A stretch of 64,000 nucleotides of DNA from assembly GCA_965644265.1 (NCBI GenBank), contig OZ286472.1, positions 53,382,001 to 53,446,000 on the forward strand, written 5' to 3'. A model generated the notes under the pieces. It saw nothing but the letters and a program-made list of their open reading frames with translations. It was not told where the DNA came from and made no database searches. This document shows, piece by piece, positions 60,411 to 64,000 of this stretch (position 1 is the stretch's first letter; every line of letters starts with the position of its first letter). The position numbers and the translations under genes are program-made. Source of the stretch: Glycera tridactyla (taxonomy: Eukaryota).

Positions 60411-63392
60411 TTATACGAAACCATAGATTGTCAAATATGACCTTTTGAAAGCTTTCGTGTCATCAATCGTACGCAGCTGGTCTGGTAGGCTATTCCAGGT
60501 TTCTGGGGCACAAACATAGAAGGATCTTCTTGCAAACTCTGTGCGTGCAAAGGGTACATGAAGATTCTGCCGCGATATTGATCTAGTTGCCCGATCAGAT
60601 GTGTGGCCAGTCAGTAATAATTTTGAACAGATTGAATTGGGTAATTTATTTTTGATAGCATTGAAAACCATGGTTGCAAAATGAAAATCTCTTCTTTTTT
60701 CTAATGTCATGAGTTTGGTTGTATTTAGCAATTGATGAGTAGGTGTCAGTCGGGGTGCCTTGAGAATATAGCGACAGAATTTGTTTTGCAGCACTTTGAG
60801 AATAGTAAGATTTTCGGTCGATGCATTTCGATATAAAACATCTCCATAATCAAATACTGGAAGTACTATACTCTTATATAGAACAATACATTGGGGAATA
60901 GTCAGATATTTTCTCGCTGTCTTAATAATTCCTAGACGTCGATTGAGTTTCGTGCTGATCTTTGCAATATGTTCCCCAAATGTTAGTTGTGAATCTAACC
61001 AAATTCCCAAATACTTGTACGTACTGACCTCCTCTACGAGTTCGCCATTGATCCTCAGTTCAAGGTCTGTAAATCTATAGCGATGAGTGAGAGTACAGAA
61101 CCTCATGACCTTGCATTTTGCTACATTGAGTGTTAACAAGTTTATCCGGAGCCAGTTGACAACCCTGTTCACATCAGAAGTAAGCTTATACATTGCTTCA
61201 TCGACAGTAGGAGCACTGAAATAGAGAGCCGTATCATCGGCGTATAATGAGATTTTGCAGTATTCTAATATTGAAGGCAGATCATTCATATATAGTATGA
61301 ATAATAAGGGCCCAAGGATTGAGCCTTGGGGCACCCCAAATTCAATCACAGATAGGTCTGATAATACGCCATTCACCTTAGTGCGTTGTTTCCTTTCACA
61401 TAAATACGATTGGAACCATTTCAAAGCAGAGGCTGAAAGACCAAGTCTTTTCAGTTTGGAGAGGAGGTGCACACGATCAACCGTATCGAACGCCTTTTTT
61501 AAATCTAAAAATAGGACTATTGTTATGGAACCTTCATCCGTAGCAGCATAAATGTTGTCTGTTAGTTCTATGTTCGAAGTCATAGTCGAGTGTTTCTTTC
61601 GAAAACCAGATTGAAATGGTGTAATTTGATGATTATCTTCCACGTATCGATACAGCTGATCATGTACACCTCTCTCGAGCATTTTGAGAGGTAGCGGTAA
61701 CACTGAGATTGGTCTATAGTTGGACGGTAAAGTCGGTACCCCTTCTTTAAAAAGAGGTGTTACCAAAGCAACCTTCCAGGATTCAGGGATGACTGAGTGC
61801 TCGATAGTAAGATTAATAATGTATAAAAAAATCGGGCCTAGAATTGCTGCAGAGCATCTCAGTATTCATGCATTAACACCTTCTATTCCCGTGTTTTTAT
61901 GAATGGGCAAAGTATTGAGGGTCTTTATAATATCATCCAAAGAAATTCCTTGTAATATAAGAGGATCAGCCCCTCCTATAATAGGTGTTCGAGCTAGTGG
62001 ATCATCAGGTTGAGGGACCAATTTTGCCAGTTTTGAGCCGGTAGCACAGAAGCATTCATTGAAATAATTTGCAGTTTCTTTGGCTGATTTCCCTTCCGTA
62101 GGAATATCTCCTTGATCTCTAGTCTTAGGAAGAAATTCTCGTATGGCTTTCCAGAGTCCATCAGGGTTACCGGTGTTTGACGATATCTCGTGTTGATCGA
62201 AATCTCTTTTAAGTGATGCTGCCATTGTGTTTGCTAAATTGCGGAAATAACACATTCTGACACGGTCTTCCAGTTCATGTTTGCGTCTGAATTTTTTAGT
62301 GAAGTGGTCATGATCATGGGCTACGGCGATATATTCATCATTTATCCACTTGGCATTCTCTTCTCTAGCGTACATTTTTTTCATGGGTGCATGAAAATCT
62401 ATAATCGGTAACAGTAAATCGAGGAAACAATTCCAGGCTTCAGTTGGGTTCATAGTCTCATAAATTTTGTCCCAGTTTACTTGCCCAAGATGTGCGGAAA
62501 AGCTTCTCTGATCGAAATTCTTGAAGGATCTGGCATAGATTGGTCTTTTCTTAATCTTGGGTCGCGTGTGTTTTCGATTACATGCTATCAATGCGTGATC
62601 ACTCAGACCGATATGCGAAGTAGTTGCTGCTGTTACTATTTCAGTCCTATTCGTAAGGATGATGTCGAGGCTACTGCCAGAGTCATGTGTGGGTCCATGA
62701 ATCAAGTTTGTTAGTCTATTTACCATATTGAACTTATTTAGTTTCTTGGAATCTGCGGTGTTCGAGCGCATGGTATTTATATTAATATCGCCCATAATGT
62801 AGATTTCTGCATTTGAATGACTTGAATTTATTATATCTATAGTTTGATCAAGCAAGGCTAGGGCTTCATCAATGGACCCAGTTGGAGGGCGGTAAATATT
62901 GAGTATATAAATCGGTCTGGTGTGCGGAAGACTTATTCTTATAGTTTGCAGTTCAAGATTATTAGTTATGCAGCAATGCTCATGAAGAATATCATATGGA
63001 AGATCCCTATTGATGTACATGATTAGTCCCCCGCCCCTGTTCACATTTCTATCAAGTCTAAATATATTATAATTTTGTACCGAGATTATTTCATTGCAGA
63101 TTGTTTCGCCCAACCAAGTCTCACTGAGACCTAGTACACTGAATCTATTTGATAATAATAAGTGCTCTATTTCTTCAAATTTGGGTAACATGCTCCTTAT
63201 ATTCAGATGTCCAATATTAACTCCTCGATTTTTAAATATCATGGTTAGATTATCAGGACTCCCCCTGGAAAAAGTATGTTCCACTCTGTGTGGGCCTGGA
63301 TTTCTCTCAATGTCCCCAGATCTAAGTAATAATATGTCTAGAGATATCTTGGGTAGGCAATTCCAGTTTTGAAGCAGATATTTATTATCCAT
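60411..63392 (-). pseudogene. LINE ORF2 (2A-like peptide + APE endonuclease + reverse transcriptase) with one in-frame TGA
   Basis: EN motifs HLNIRS, LSETWL, IYRPP, GDIN, SDH. RT motifs NYRPIS, QSGFR, LDLKKAFDTV, GVPQGSILGP, YADD (61244-61233), YKYLG. The two track ORFs are in the same frame, separated only by TGA at 61866-68. Confidence 0.95.
63291..63338 (-). other. 2A-like StopGo ribosome-skipping motif (DILLLRSGDIERNPG/P)
   Basis: Matches the D(V/I)ExNPGP consensus directly before the endonuclease domain. Confidence 0.88.
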
Positions 63393-64000
63393 TTTCAAAG
63401 TATGGTTCGTATAATAGACCTGTTTCTAGTGTCAGTTGATATCGAATGTATTTAACCCATATTGTTAGTAGAACAAAAAACAAGTCAACTATGCAAATAC
63501 GGTGTGAGATATGTGCCATAGTTCAATCGATCTTGACGATTAGAGACACAAATTTTCATGAAAATAAATTGGCTCGTAAACAAGCAAAAAACTTCAAATT
63601 CTCAGTATGGATTTAAGTAATTCTAACATGTTCACATTGCAAGGAGAGACTATCAGGTGTCATAAATGGCTAGCATTCAAATAAAATGCAATCACGTAGA
63701 AACAAATAGTATAGTTTGGACTGCCTGACAGTGTATCTGCAATATCTAATATTTAGTAAGATGCCAAATTAAACACAATGTCAGGAAGCTTAATTCAAAA
63801 AGAGTCAACAACATCAACATCATCATCTGCAAATTAATAAGAGACATTGCAGGCTGACTCGGCTCACAACCAGTCAGCTGCTTCAAATATATTAGTAGCA
63901 AGTAATAAGGATTGCAGGTTGAATCGGCTCATAACCAGACAACTGCAAGATAATGGCGATGATATTACGTAGAGACTCGTCTCGCATCCAATGCTCTGCA

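Larger units (their letters stand above)
60021..63400 (-). mobile_element. CR1/L2-group non-LTR retrotransposon, antisense in DHRS12 intron 5
   Basis: EN+RT ORF2, ~370-nt 3-prime UTR, AATAAA (60057-52) and (ATT)7 tail. The 5-prime boundary is not defined. Confidence 0.93.

Noticed and set aside
61767-61868. Apparent frameshift between the 510-aa and 451-aa ORFs
   Set aside because: The 99-nt gap keeps the frame; only a single TGA separates them.
61255-63372. Plus-strand ORFs over the LINE
   Set aside because: Antisense shadows of the coding frame.

Overview
AT-rich animal (invertebrate-like) genomic DNA with spliceosomal introns and two N gaps; nothing prokaryotic and no CRISPR. Two genes lie head-to-head. 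On the minus strand is the AP-1 clathrin adaptor sigma subunit gene: three internal coding exons plus two alternative 45-nt terminal exons, with its first exon not located. On the plus strand is DHRS12, with its first five coding exons; the rest is beyond the window. Most remaining sequence is transposon-derived. It includes a nearly intact CR1/L2-group LINE whose ORF2 begins with a viral-type 2A StopGo motif and has one in-frame stop. It also includes many non-autonomous DNA elements whose ends and target-site duplications (TSDs) I resolved by eye: pogo/Tigger, Harbinger, Ginger-like, hAT-like with 5/6/8-bp TSDs, Mutator-like and Helentron-associated. The most unusual observations are four. 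(i) One ~300-900 bp core is carried by three neighbouring elements with three different terminus/TSD types. (ii) Three CAGG-ended elements all inserted at T^GTCAN. (iii) The AP-1 sigma gene has dual C-terminal tails. (iv) DHRS12 intron 1 holds a nested HINE > MULE > solo-LTR stack. All alignments and family assignments were made by eye, with no database search.
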